From assembly GCA_900553955.1 (NCBI GenBank), contig USFO01000001.1:7530-71529 (forward strand): a stretch of 64,000 nucleotides of DNA, given 5' to 3'. Positions 49,334 to 58,534 of the stretch are shown here, piece after piece. The translations under genes were made by a program, and so were the position numbers. This DNA comes from an uncultured Oscillospiraceae bacterium (GTDB taxonomy: Bacteria; Bacillota; Clostridia; Oscillospirales; Ruminococcaceae). Within the stretch, counting starts at the first letter, position 1; each line of letters opens with the position of its first letter. The notes under the pieces were generated by a model that did no database searches, was not told the DNA's origin, and saw nothing but the letters and a program-made list of their open reading frames with translations.

Positions 49334-50430
49334 TCCGTCGCCCAGTCGTTTCCGAAGCGCTTTGTGAACAGGTCGCAGACGCAAATCGCCGTAACCGAAT
49401 CTATTATAACCGCCGCCCGGGCGGCTATTGCCGCATCGTGCCTGCCGTTTATTTCAATCTCCGTTTCCTCCATGGTGCTCATATCCACGGTTTTCTGCTT
49501 CTTTGAAATTGAGGGGGTGGGCTTTATCGCGGTGCGGAAAATAACAGGCATACCATTTGAAATTCCGCCCAAAATTCCGCCGCAGTTGTTCGTTTTCGTA
49601 ACCACCCTGCGGTGCTCGTCAAGCTCAAATTCGTCGTTCGCCTCGCTGCCCTTCATCCTTGCAAGGGCAAAGCCCGCGCCGAATTCAACGCCCTTTACTC
49701 CGGGAATACCGAAAATTCCGCGGGAAATTTCCCCCTCTATTCCGCCGAACCACGGCTCGCCCAGTCCCTCCGGCAGACCGCAAATCGCCGTTTCGAGCAC
49801 TCCGCCGAGGCTGTCGCCGGCTTTGCGAGCGGCGGAAATTGCCTTTTTCATCTGCTTTGCGGCCTCCTTGTCGAACACGGCGAAGTCCATGCCGTCAAGC
49901 TTCAAAAGGTCGGCTGTCGAAGCGCCGCCCTCTGCAAAGGGGCGGTCGCAAACACCACCCAGCTCCGCAATATGCGTGCCGATAATAATTCCCATGTCCC
50001 GCAGAGCGTCCCGCGCAATAGTGCCCGCGGCAACAAGGGCGGCACTTATCCGCCCGCTGAAATGCCCGCCGCCGCGAAAATCCTGATAACCGTGATACTT
50101 GTAAAACGCGGTGTAATCCGCATGTCCGGGGCGCACCTTTGAGGCGTTGTAGCCGCTGCTGTCAGCATCCTCGTTGTAAATCGTTATGGTGATGGGCGTG
50201 CCGGTGGTGCAGCCGTTAAACACGCCGCTGAGAATTTCAAAATCGTCCGGCTCCTGCCGCGCGGTGGCAGCGGCGCTTATCCCCCGCCGGCGGCGAAGCT
50301 GCATTTCAATAAAAGCCTCTTCCACCCGAACCCCCGCCGGAAGTCCCGAAAGAATGGCCGTAATGGCGGGCCCGTGGCTTTCTCCCGCCAAGGTAAGCGT
50401 TACCATATCGCCGAGCGTGCTCATTTTCAT
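49330..50430 (-). CDS. aroC: chorismate synthase
   Basis: GESHGPAITAILSGLPAG..., typical AroC. Confidence 0.9.
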   Translation of the reverse strand: MKMSTLGDMVTLTLAGESHGPAITAILSGLPAGVRVEEAFIEMQLRRRRGISAAATARQEPDDFEILSGVFNGCTTGTPITITIYNEDADSSGYNASKVRPGHADYTAFYKYHGYQDFRGGGHFSGRISAALVAAGTIARDALRDMGIIIGTHIAELGGVCDRPFAEGGASTADLLKLDGMDFAVFDKEAAKQMKKAISAARKAGDSLGGVLETAICGLPEGLGEPWFGGIEGEISRGIFGIPGVKGVEFGAGFALARMKGSEANDEFELDEHRRVVTKTNNCGGILGGISNGMPVIFRTAIKPTPSISKKQKTVDMSTMEETEIEINGRHDAAIAARAAVIIDSVTAICVCDLFTKRFGNDWATE

Positions 50431-50969
50431 TCCTCCGTTTCTGCTTCCGTGCTCAAAAATTGTTCTTTCGTTATAATAAGCTCTATTATGCCGTTTTCCT
50501 CCTTGTATTTGCGAAATCCGGCATGCTCATGCGCTTTTATCGCCGCAGTGCGGCTGCTTTCAAAATCGTTGTGAACGGCGTTTGCGCCCATTTCTTCGAA
50601 CGCATGGCGCAAAAGCAGGCGCAAGCCCTCGCTTGCATAGCCCTTTCCCCGGTGCTTTGCTTCAATCATAATGCCCATTTCGTACCAATCGTGCCCGGCG
50701 CTTTTGTGGAGATTTACATCGCCCGCAAATTCGCCGTTTTCGGTGCTCACAAGGTAGGCGTAGAACCGCTGCGGCTCGTTTCCCACAAGATATTCATAAG
50801 CGTTTTTCCACTTTGATTCCGGAAAAGCAATACAGCCGGTTTCTTTGTCATAACCGTCAAAATCGAGTTCGTATCCGCGGTTATAGCTCATGGTTTTTGG
50901 GTCTTCCAAAAGCTTTTTTCTGTACCAAAGCTCGTCAAGCTTCGGCACATGAAGATACAGTGTGCTCAT
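50427..50969 (-). CDS. GNAT-family N-acetyltransferase embedded in the aro operon
   Basis: GNAT motif A region HRGKGYASEGLRLLLRHAFEEMGANAV. Overlaps both neighbours by 4 nt. Confidence 0.7.
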   Translation of the reverse strand: MSTLYLHVPKLDELWYRKKLLEDPKTMSYNRGYELDFDGYDKETGCIAFPESKWKNAYEYLVGNEPQRFYAYLVSTENGEFAGDVNLHKSAGHDWYEMGIMIEAKHRGKGYASEGLRLLLRHAFEEMGANAVHNDFESSRTAAIKAHEHAGFRKYKEENGIIELIITKEQFLSTEAETEE

Positions 50970-52213
50970 TTCACTGCCTCCTCAAGGCGGGATTTTATCT
51001 CGTCCGTGCTCATTTTTACGAATTTATATTCGCCTATGCTTTTGAGCACCGTGACGGTGATTTTTCCCTCCGTGGATTTTTTATCGTGCTCAAGCGCGGC
51101 GAAAGCCGCCTCTTTATCGCCGGAAAATCGCAGCTCAAAGCCGTATTTTTTGAGCACCGCGCATAGGCGCTGCTTACATTCCGGATTTTCGCACATGGGC
51201 GGCATACCCATGGCAACACATTCCCCGTGAAGAAGCGTGCCCTTTGCCGCGCTTTCCGCCGCATGACCTATGGTGTGCCCGAAATTGAGCACCCGGCGAA
51301 GACCGCTTTCGTGCTCGTCAGCTTCAACAATGCTCGTTTTCGCCAAAATGCAGCGGCGGATAACCTCGTCAATGTTTTCCGTGCTCACGCCGTGCTCAAG
51401 CAGCCCGAAAAGCTCCGAGTCAAGGCAGGCGGCGGTCTTTATCGCCTCCGCAAGCCCATTTCTGTATTGGCGTTCGTCCAAGGTAAAAAGCAAATCCGGG
51501 TCGACGGCCACCGCCCTCGGCGCATGGAAAGCGCCTACGGTGTTCTTCACACCGCAGAGGTTCGCCGCGGTTTTGCCCCCTATCGAGGAATCCACCTGCG
51601 CGAGGAGCGTTGTGGGCACATTATAAAAATCAATTCCCCGCATATAGCACGCCGCGGCAAAGCCCGCAATATCCCCGACCATGCCGCCGCCCACCGCGAG
51701 CACGCAGTCGCCCCGGTCAAAGCCCGCCTCAAGCATCTTTTGGCAGAGCGCCTGCATGGTTTCAAGGCTTTTTGTGGCTTCGCCACAGGGCAGGGTTACG
51801 CAAAACGGCGATTTGCACTGTGCCGCGGCCTCTGCCGCATACTCCGCGGGAACACCGGAATCCGCCACCACGAGAACTTTTCTCTCAAGGTCAAAAAGCT
51901 CGTCTATGCGGTGGAGGCAGCCCCGCTCTAAAGCTATATTTTCCGGCAGGCGGTGCAGCAGCCCCCGCTGATACCGCTTTGAAAGGGCAATTTCCTTTTC
52001 GATAAGCTCCCGATAGAGCGGTGCGACTTTCGGCGAAACGCGCTTTCCGCAGGCGGCGAGCATCGCCTGCTCCCGCTTCGGGTCGAAAATCTGCGCGCCG
52101 CTTTGCGCCTTTTCTTCGGCAATTTGGGCGCAAAGCTCCATGCGGCGCTCAAAAAGCTCCGCCATTGCCAAATCCGTTTCGTCGATTTTTGCTCTCAATT
52201 CGTCAATGTTCAT
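50966..52213 (-). CDS. aroB: bifunctional chorismate mutase (AroQ-type) / 3-dehydroquinate synthase
   Basis: N-terminal CM helix-bundle (IDELRAKIDETDLAMAELFERRMEL); C-terminal DHQS (GGGMVGDIAGFAAA..., HTIGHAAE). RBS aggcggggg precedes the ATG at 52213. Confidence 0.8.
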   Translation of the reverse strand: MNIDELRAKIDETDLAMAELFERRMELCAQIAEEKAQSGAQIFDPKREQAMLAACGKRVSPKVAPLYRELIEKEIALSKRYQRGLLHRLPENIALERGCLHRIDELFDLERKVLVVADSGVPAEYAAEAAAQCKSPFCVTLPCGEATKSLETMQALCQKMLEAGFDRGDCVLAVGGGMVGDIAGFAAACYMRGIDFYNVPTTLLAQVDSSIGGKTAANLCGVKNTVGAFHAPRAVAVDPDLLFTLDERQYRNGLAEAIKTAACLDSELFGLLEHGVSTENIDEVIRRCILAKTSIVEADEHESGLRRVLNFGHTIGHAAESAAKGTLLHGECVAMGMPPMCENPECKQRLCAVLKKYGFELRFSGDKEAAFAALEHDKKSTEGKITVTVLKSIGEYKFVKMSTDEIKSRLEEAVK

Positions 52214-52396
52214 GCAAAAACGCCCCCGCCTATAATAATACATATTAAATATAGCATATCCCGCGGCTGCTTTCAATGAAAAAATGCGGTTTCTGCCTCG
52301 GTTTTGGCATATTTTTATGCAAAGCCCTTGCAAAGTGAGCGAATATATGTTAAAATTTTTTGTAAAACAATTTTCCTATAAGGGGCGATAATTAAA

Positions 52397-53140
52397 ATGT
52401 CAGGACATTCCAAATGGAGTACCATTAAACGCAAAAAAGAAGGCATAGACGCTGCCCGCGGCAAGATCTTCACCAAAATCGGTCGTGAAATCACCGTGGC
52501 AGTTCGTGAAGGAGGCCCTGACCCCAACAACAACAGCAAGCTGCAGGCTCTTATCCTTAAAGCGAAGGCCAACAATGTGCCGAACGACAATATCGACAGA
52601 ACCATCAAAAAAGCCGCCGGTATGGGCGACAAAACCACTTTTGAAGATATTGTGTACGAGGGCTACGGTCCCTGCGGAATTGCGGTTATTGTGGAAACCC
52701 TCACCGACAACCGCAACCGTACCGCCGGCGACATCCGCCACTATTTCGACAAATTCGGCGGCAACCTCGGTCAGAGCGGCTGCGTTTCCTTTATGTTCGA
52801 CCGCAAGGGCGTTATCGTAATCGAAGACGAAGACCTTGACGAGGACAAGCTGATGGAAGACGTTATGGAAGCAGGCGGCGATGACTTCAAGTACGAAGAC
52901 GGCATAGCCGAAATTGTCACCGCGCCGAACGATTTCCCCGCAGTGCGCGACGCGCTCTACAACATGGGTTATCGCTTCGCTTCCGCGGATATTGCCTATG
53001 TTCCGCAGACCACCTCCTCCATCGACGACCCGGACAATGTTCTGAAAATGACCAAGCTCCTCGACCAGCTTGAGGATAACGACGACGTTCAGAACGTATG
53101 GCACAACTGGGATATGCCCGCCGACGAGGATGAGGATTGA
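52397..53140 (+). CDS. yebC: YebC/PmpR-family transcriptional regulator
   Basis: MSGHSKWSTIKRKKEGIDAARGKIFTKIGREI... Confidence 0.9.
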   Translation: MSGHSKWSTIKRKKEGIDAARGKIFTKIGREITVAVREGGPDPNNNSKLQALILKAKANNVPNDNIDRTIKKAAGMGDKTTFEDIVYEGYGPCGIAVIVETLTDNRNRTAGDIRHYFDKFGGNLGQSGCVSFMFDRKGVIVIEDEDLDEDKLMEDVMEAGGDDFKYEDGIAEIVTAPNDFPAVRDALYNMGYRFASADIAYVPQTTSSIDDPDNVLKMTKLLDQLEDNDDVQNVWHNWDMPADEDED

Positions 53141-53165
53141 TTTTTTAGTTTAATGGGTATGACAA

Positions 53166-53196
53166 CTCCCCCTGCCGAACGGCAGGGGGAGTTTTT
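53166..53196 (+). terminator. intrinsic terminator (hairpin ctccccctgcc gaac ggcagggggag + ttttt)
   Basis: Perfect 11-bp stem; a near-identical copy recurs at 53919. Confidence 0.75.
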
Positions 53197-53315
53197 GTGC
53201 GCTATTGTCAAACTTTTTTTACAAATATAGTGCAAATATTTCAATGATATGCTATAATGGAAATGCGGCAAAGCTTTTGCCGAACTTCAAAAGCTGAATT
53301 AAGGGAGGTATATTC

Positions 53316-53912
53316 ATGAAAAAGATATTTGCACTGCTTCTTATGCTCGCTATACTATGCGCCTGCAACATGCCCGAAAAGCCCGCCGTCAGTTCGGAAA
53401 GCGAACCGAGGACTTCCGCTTCGGAAAGTTCGGAGAGCGAAACCGAAACTTCACAGGAGCCCGAAAAAACGTGGCTTGACGACGACGACCCTCTCTATTA
53501 CGAAATGAAAGCAAAAGATATTTACGAATCCGGAAAGCACAGCCTGTACATTTCACGCGTGGAACAGCGGATACAAAGCTATCGCGACGGAACTTTTACC
53601 GAAATGGAAAATCACCACGCGCCCTACCCGGATGATTTTCCCGACCCGAAGAACCTTCCCGAAGCGACAGCGGAAAACACTTTCCTTTGCTGGAGGAATA
53701 ACGTGCCACTAAGTGAAAGTTCTTATCAGGTCGGGTGTGTTGAATATGTCTATGCCATAGACGAAGATCATATGGTCATCCTCGAACCCGTCGCACTCGA
53801 ATTGATGGATGGCACAATAGCCTATACCTTTGCCGATACCGAATATATAGATGCGGATGTAAAGGAATGGTTTGAAACAAAGTACGACGGCATTTACGAA
53901 AATTATCAGTAA
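53316..53912 (+). CDS. lipoprotein, hypothetical (acidic, Ser/Glu-rich linker)
   Basis: Lipobox LAILCAC; no family recognised. Confidence 0.5.
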   Translation: MKKIFALLLMLAILCACNMPEKPAVSSESEPRTSASESSESETETSQEPEKTWLDDDDPLYYEMKAKDIYESGKHSLYISRVEQRIQSYRDGTFTEMENHHAPYPDDFPDPKNLPEATAENTFLCWRNNVPLSESSYQVGCVEYVYAIDEDHMVILEPVALELMDGTIAYTFADTEYIDADVKEWFETKYDGIYENYQ

Positions 53913-53918
53913 AAAGTT

Positions 53919-53947
53919 ACCCCCTGCCAAACGGCAGGGGGAGTTGT
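53919..53947. terminator. second copy of the cccctgcc-aac-ggcagggg hairpin, convergent terminator for the lipoprotein and Fic genes
   Basis: ccccctgccaaacggcagggggag is 1 nt different from the 53166 copy. Confidence 0.7.
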
Positions 53948-53951
53948 TGCG

Positions 53952-54941
53952 TTATTTTGCTCTGTATTTCCACACGGTGCCGTCGCGAAAGCGTTCCAGC
54001 CTGCCGCCTTGAACCCAGCTGCTAAGCAGTCTGTTCGCCGTTGAGGGTGAAACTTTCAGCAATTTGCAAATGTCGGAGTTTTGAATTTTGCCATTCTTTT
54101 GCAGGTACTTTTCGGCTGCTTTCCACTTCCTTTCTTCCGAAAGCGGCTTCCTGCTTGCCGCATTTTCTGTTTCTGCTGCTTCCACAAGAGCAGCCTTAAT
54201 TGCTTCAAGCATAAATTCAATAAATTCCGTGGACTCTCCCGCTTCGTTGGAGCTGTTTATCGCTTCATAGTATTCGTTCTGGCGGTCATGAATTATTGAT
54301 TCCACAGGAAGCCACGCAAACAGCGCATTCCATTTTGACAAAAGCAGCGTATGCCAAAGCCGCCCAACTCTGCCGTTGCCGTCAATGAACGGATGTATAA
54401 GCTCAAATTCGTAGTGGAACACGCAGCTTTTGATAAGCAGCGGCAGCTCGCTGCTTTTTGTCCAATTCATCAGATTTTCGAGCGCGTCCGGCACATATGC
54501 GGGCAAAGTTCCGAAGTGGATTATTTTCCCCGCGCCGTTTACTACTCCCACCGGGCGCGAGCGCAGCTCGCCCGCTTCGTCCACAAGCCCGCGCATCATC
54601 ACGCCATGCGCAGCAAGCAAGGATTCTATTGAATATGGGTCAAGCATATCCATATGCTCGTAAATTTCATACGCATTTTTGACTTCCGCAATATCCTTTG
54701 GCGGAGCGATTATTTTTTTGCCGTTCAGAACCGCCGTAATCTGCTCTATGCTGAGGGTGTTCTGCTCGATAGCGAGCGAACCGTGAATCGTTTTTATGCG
54801 GTTTGTTTTGCGCAAGGTCGGGTTCGCGGAAAGTCTTTCCGTCGAGCCGATTTTCCCTGCAAGTTCGGCTATTTCCGCAACGTCGGAAAGTATTTTCTCC
54901 GTAATTTCAAAAGGCGGATTTTTACTTTTCATTTTCATCAC
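53952..54941 (-). CDS. Fic-family protein (Fic_N, Fic core, C-terminal winged helix)
   Basis: Fic motif HPFIDGNGRVGR. N-terminal SLAIEQNTLSIEQ (Fic_N inhibitory-helix region with Glu retained). C-terminal wHTH. Confidence 0.8.
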   Translation of the reverse strand: MMKMKSKNPPFEITEKILSDVAEIAELAGKIGSTERLSANPTLRKTNRIKTIHGSLAIEQNTLSIEQITAVLNGKKIIAPPKDIAEVKNAYEIYEHMDMLDPYSIESLLAAHGVMMRGLVDEAGELRSRPVGVVNGAGKIIHFGTLPAYVPDALENLMNWTKSSELPLLIKSCVFHYEFELIHPFIDGNGRVGRLWHTLLLSKWNALFAWLPVESIIHDRQNEYYEAINSSNEAGESTEFIEFMLEAIKAALVEAAETENAASRKPLSEERKWKAAEKYLQKNGKIQNSDICKLLKVSPSTANRLLSSWVQGGRLERFRDGTVWKYRAK

Positions 54942-55077
54942 TCCTCGTAGCTTTCATATATATTATAGCAGCATTTTTTCCCTTTGCAAAGGGCTTTTTT
55001 CAAAAAAGCATCGCTCATTTCATAAGTCAGAATGAGCGATGCCTTGAGAGATGCTATGAGAGATGCTTCGCAGCGTT

Positions 55078-55572
55078 TCAGCCGTTTGACTGTAAATTTT
55101 CCGGCGGGTAGTCAAGGTTATAGCTGCCGTCCGGCCAAAGGTGATAAATATTCTGAATAAATCCGTGGAGGTCGTACTCGGCTTTCGTATTCGGCTCGAT
55201 TTTCATCTCATCGTCAAACTGACAAAAATCCATCGTAGGGAACTCTTCCATATTCATGGCGTCCTCAATCGTAAGCTCGCCGCCCGCAATGATTTCCGGC
55301 ACGCAGTTTTCGTCATAAACTATGTAGGTATGCGGCTGCATCCAGTCCGGGTAATAGCCCGCCGCTGTAATTTCTTCAAGGGTCATGTAGCCGATTTCCT
55401 CGGCAAATTCCTCCGGGGTTTTGCTCGCCTGTGTGTCGGAGCTTTCCTCGGGCTGTGAGGATTCCGACGAGGATTCAGGCTCGCTCTGCACCTCTGCATT
55501 GTTCGAACACGCCGCAAATGTCACAATCATAAGTGCCGCCAGTGCCAAAACAGCAATTTTTTTCAATTCCAT
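55078..55572 (-). CDS. lipoprotein, hypothetical
   Basis: Lipobox TFAACS with a Ser/Glu-rich linker. Start chosen at the ATG after ggcggtgga; the ORF track marks an upstream GTG. Confidence 0.45.
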   Translation of the reverse strand: MELKKIAVLALAALMIVTFAACSNNAEVQSEPESSSESSQPEESSDTQASKTPEEFAEEIGYMTLEEITAAGYYPDWMQPHTYIVYDENCVPEIIAGGELTIEDAMNMEEFPTMDFCQFDDEMKIEPNTKAEYDLHGFIQNIYHLWPDGSYNLDYPPENLQSNG

Positions 55573-55703
55573 TATTTCCACCGCCTGTTCATAAAGTTAA
55601 TTTTCGTCTTCATTATAGTACTGCGGTTTCAAAAAGTCAATAGATTATGCCAAACCGGACTAAAACAAATCCCGCGCCGTTTTCACGGTGCGGGATTTTT
55701 GCA

Positions 55704-56969
55704 TTATCTCATATATTCAAATTCAATATCGAGGATGCTGACGGTGTCGCCCTCGTTTATGCCCATTTCTTCAAGCCGGTCGATAATGCCGGAAAGGCGG
55801 AGCACACGCTGAAAATATTGCAGGGATTCGTAGTCGTCCAAATCGACGAAGCCGAGAGCGTGGGCAAGCCACGGTGCTTCGACAATATAAACTCCGTCCT
55901 CCACGGTGACGGTGAACTCCTGCTTGGCGGTGATTTCCTCCCGAACAGGCTCCTCCGCCTCGTAGCGGAGCACCGGCGGCAGCTTTGCAAGCTCGCGTTC
56001 CACCGCGTGCATAAGCTCCTGCACGCCCTCGCCGGTGGCGGCGGAAATGAGATAGGTTTCAAAGCCCTGCTCCTTGGCGAAGTCGTTAAACTCGTCTATC
56101 ATTTCCTCAATGGCGGCGTCCGCCTTGTTCAAAGCGACTATCTGCGGGCGAGCGCGAAGCTCCGGAGAGAATTTCTCCAGCTCCGCATTGATTTTTTTGT
56201 AGTCCTCTATGGGGTCGCGATCCTCCAAAGCCGCAATGTCGATAACATGAAGTATCAGGCGGCAGCGTTCCACATGGCGAAGAAAATCGTGACCGAGTCC
56301 GACTCCCTCCGCGGCGCCCTCAATAAGGCCGGGAATGTCCGCCATAACAAAGGAGCTGCCCTCGTCCACGCGCACAACGCCGAGCACCGGAGTCAGTGTG
56401 GTGAACGGATAGTTCGCAATTTCGGGCTTTGCGGCGGAAACCACGGAAATAAGCGTGGATTTGCCCACGTTCGGGAAGCCAACAAGACCCACATCCGCCA
56501 AAAGCTTCAGCTCAAGGGTGAGCTCAAGCTCCTCGCCGGGGTAGCCGGGCTTGGCGAAGCGGGGAATTTGCCGTGTGGGGGTTGCAAAATGGCTGTTACC
56601 CCAGCCGCCCTTGCCTCCGCGAGCCACAATATGCGGCTCCTTGTCGGAAACATCCGCTACAATGCGTCCGGTTTCCGCGTCCTTCACAAGGGTTCCCACC
56701 GGAACCTTTATGATAAGATCCGGTGCGGATTTGCCTGTGCAGCGCTTGGAAAAGCCGGGCTTGCCGTCCTCTGCGGCGTAATTTTTCTTGTACTTAAAGT
56801 CGATAAGGCTGGAAACATTGGTATCCCCCACAAATACGACATTACCGCCGCGACCGCCGTCGCCGCCGTCGGGGCCGCCGGCGTTGACGAACTTCTCCTG
56901 ATGGAAGCTCACGGCGCCGTTGCCGCCTTTTCCCGCTCTTACCCTTATTTTCGCTGTATCAACGAACAT
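55704..56969 (-). CDS. obg: GTPase Obg/CgtA
   Basis: MFVDTAKIRVRAGKGGNGAVSFHQEKFV...GGDGGRGG plus GTPase G1 GFPNVGKST. RBS ggagg. Confidence 0.9.
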   Translation of the reverse strand: MFVDTAKIRVRAGKGGNGAVSFHQEKFVNAGGPDGGDGGRGGNVVFVGDTNVSSLIDFKYKKNYAAEDGKPGFSKRCTGKSAPDLIIKVPVGTLVKDAETGRIVADVSDKEPHIVARGGKGGWGNSHFATPTRQIPRFAKPGYPGEELELTLELKLLADVGLVGFPNVGKSTLISVVSAAKPEIANYPFTTLTPVLGVVRVDEGSSFVMADIPGLIEGAAEGVGLGHDFLRHVERCRLILHVIDIAALEDRDPIEDYKKINAELEKFSPELRARPQIVALNKADAAIEEMIDEFNDFAKEQGFETYLISAATGEGVQELMHAVERELAKLPPVLRYEAEEPVREEITAKQEFTVTVEDGVYIVEAPWLAHALGFVDLDDYESLQYFQRVLRLSGIIDRLEEMGINEGDTVSILDIEFEYMR

Positions 56970-57062
56970 TATATACCTCCAAAAGCCGTGCCGACGGGCA
57001 CAGCACAAAAAGCATTAAAAAAGGGACGGATTTTTACACTCCGCCCCCGTTTTAATAAGCAA

Positions 57063-57347
57063 TTACTGCTCGACAGGATATACGCTGACTTTCTTCTTGT
57101 CTGCACCGAGGCGCTCGAATCTTACGACGCCGTCGGAGAGTGCGAAGAGAGTATCGTCAGAGCCTTTGCCGACATTCTCACCGGGATGAATGTGAGTTCC
57201 GCGCTGTCTTACAAGAATGTTTCCTGCAAGAACGAACTGGCCGTCCGCTCTTTTTGCGCCAAGGCGCTTAGATTCGGAATCGCGGCCGTTTTTAGTGGAG
57301 CCCATACCTTTTTTATGGGCGAAGAACTGCATACTAAGTCTAAGCAT
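57063..57347 (-). CDS. rpmA: 50S ribosomal protein L27 with N-terminal propeptide
   Basis: [30 protein letters not shown]... parallels B. subtilis MLRLDLQFFASKKG (Prp cleavage site FF|A). Confidence 0.9.
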   Translation of the reverse strand: MLRLSMQFFAHKKGMGSTKNGRDSESKRLGAKRADGQFVLAGNILVRQRGTHIHPGENVGKGSDDTLFALSDGVVRFERLGADKKKVSVYPVEQ

Positions 57348-57351
57348 GATA

Positions 57352-57672
57352 TTATACCTCCGTAATTATAAGGTTGATTGTGCCCGGAAAATCCTCCGAC
57401 AGAAGCTTCAGCTGAAGCCTCAGAGCGGATACAAAATGTATCGCCGCGGGGCGGGGTTCAGGCGGAAGGACACATTCAATATAGCCGTCCCGTCCTACGT
57501 TCACCGAACAGTTGGTTTTAACTATTTCGGTGATACCGTTTATCGCCATCTGTACTGCGGAGCTTACCGACGCACATACAATGTCTTTTCCGTTTTCCGC
57601 ATAGCCCGCGTGCCCGCTTACAGTAAAGCGGAGGGGCGTTCCTTTTTTATAAAAGAATTCGGCGCGGATCAT
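57352..57672 (-). CDS. prp: ribosomal-processing cysteine protease Prp
   Basis: 106 aa, conserved SGHAGY...CASVS motif, located between rplU and rpmA. Confidence 0.8.
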   Translation of the reverse strand: MIRAEFFYKKGTPLRFTVSGHAGYAENGKDIVCASVSSAVQMAINGITEIVKTNCSVNVGRDGYIECVLPPEPRPAAIHFVSALRLQLKLLSEDFPGTINLIITEV

Positions 57673-57677
57673 GGTTT

Positions 57678-57986
57678 TCAGCCTTCAACAGCCTCGATAG
57701 TGAGCTTGGTGTAGGGCTGACGATGACCGAGAGCGCGTTTGCTGCCTTTTTTGGAGCGATAGGTGAAAACATTGATTTTCTTGCCTTTGCCGGTCTTTAC
57801 AACCTTTGCGGTAACTTTTGCGCCTTCAACATAGGGTGCGCCTACCTTGAGGCTTTCGCCGCCGAGAACAAGAACCTTATCAAGAGTTACTACTTCGCCT
57901 TCGTTGGCTTCGAGTTTTTCAACGTAAATAGTATCGTTAGCTTCTACGCGATACTGTTTGCCGCCGGTTTCGATTACTGCGTACAT
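57678..57986 (-). CDS. rplU: 50S ribosomal protein L21
   Basis: [25 protein letters not shown]... Confidence 0.9.
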   Translation of the reverse strand: MYAVIETGGKQYRVEANDTIYVEKLEANEGEVVTLDKVLVLGGESLKVGAPYVEGAKVTAKVVKTGKGKKINVFTYRSKKGSKRALGHRQPYTKLTIEAVEG

Positions 57987-58099
57987 GATATTCCTTCTTT
58001 TTTATAGACTCGCTGCGTGATGGCGGCGCCAAAAAGGCGCACTTATAGAGCCAATGGCAAGCGGCAAGAAAGATTATAACATTGATTTTGTCCTTTGTC

Positions 58100-58260
58100 A
58101 ACCTCCATTATGCGAAAAAACCGCTTTTTTATGCGGAATTTTCGCGGCAAAGCTCGGCACCTCTGTATAAGGGGAGCCGGCGTGCCTTCGGCGCGACTGA
58201 GGAGTTGTATCCGCAACCGGTTACAGCGTTTATACAAAACAATCTCATTTGTGAACTTTT
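58100..58260 (-). ncRNA. candidate ribosomal protein L21 leader / structured 5'UTR
   Basis: GC-rich structured segment upstream of rplU, including hairpin cggcacctctgtataaggggagccg. Assigned by analogy with Firmicutes L21 leaders and not verified. Confidence 0.25.
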
Positions 58261-58534
58261 TGTAAACGCTTGAAAATATGTGTAACATTTTGCGGATTTT
58301 TTCGTTTATATAAGTGAAGGCTTTTTGAAACGGCAGACTTCGCGGAAACAAAGCGATAGTCGTTGTGCTCAAAAAGATTCTTTTAATTATATCTTTACGC
58401 CATTTGTAGCATTTTTGAAATATATATCAATGAAGAGCCTTAACTTTGTTTATTATGTCAATTGTAGTATTTAAGAAAGTAATGTATAATATTTGCAAAG
58501 ATGTATCTGTATATCGTGCAACAGGAGGGTACTT

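Noticed and set aside
52214-52396. T-box or riboswitch upstream of the aro operon
   Set aside because: The intergenic region is only 183 bp and is shared with the divergent yebC promoter, too short for a T-box. No specifier or antiterminator pattern was seen.
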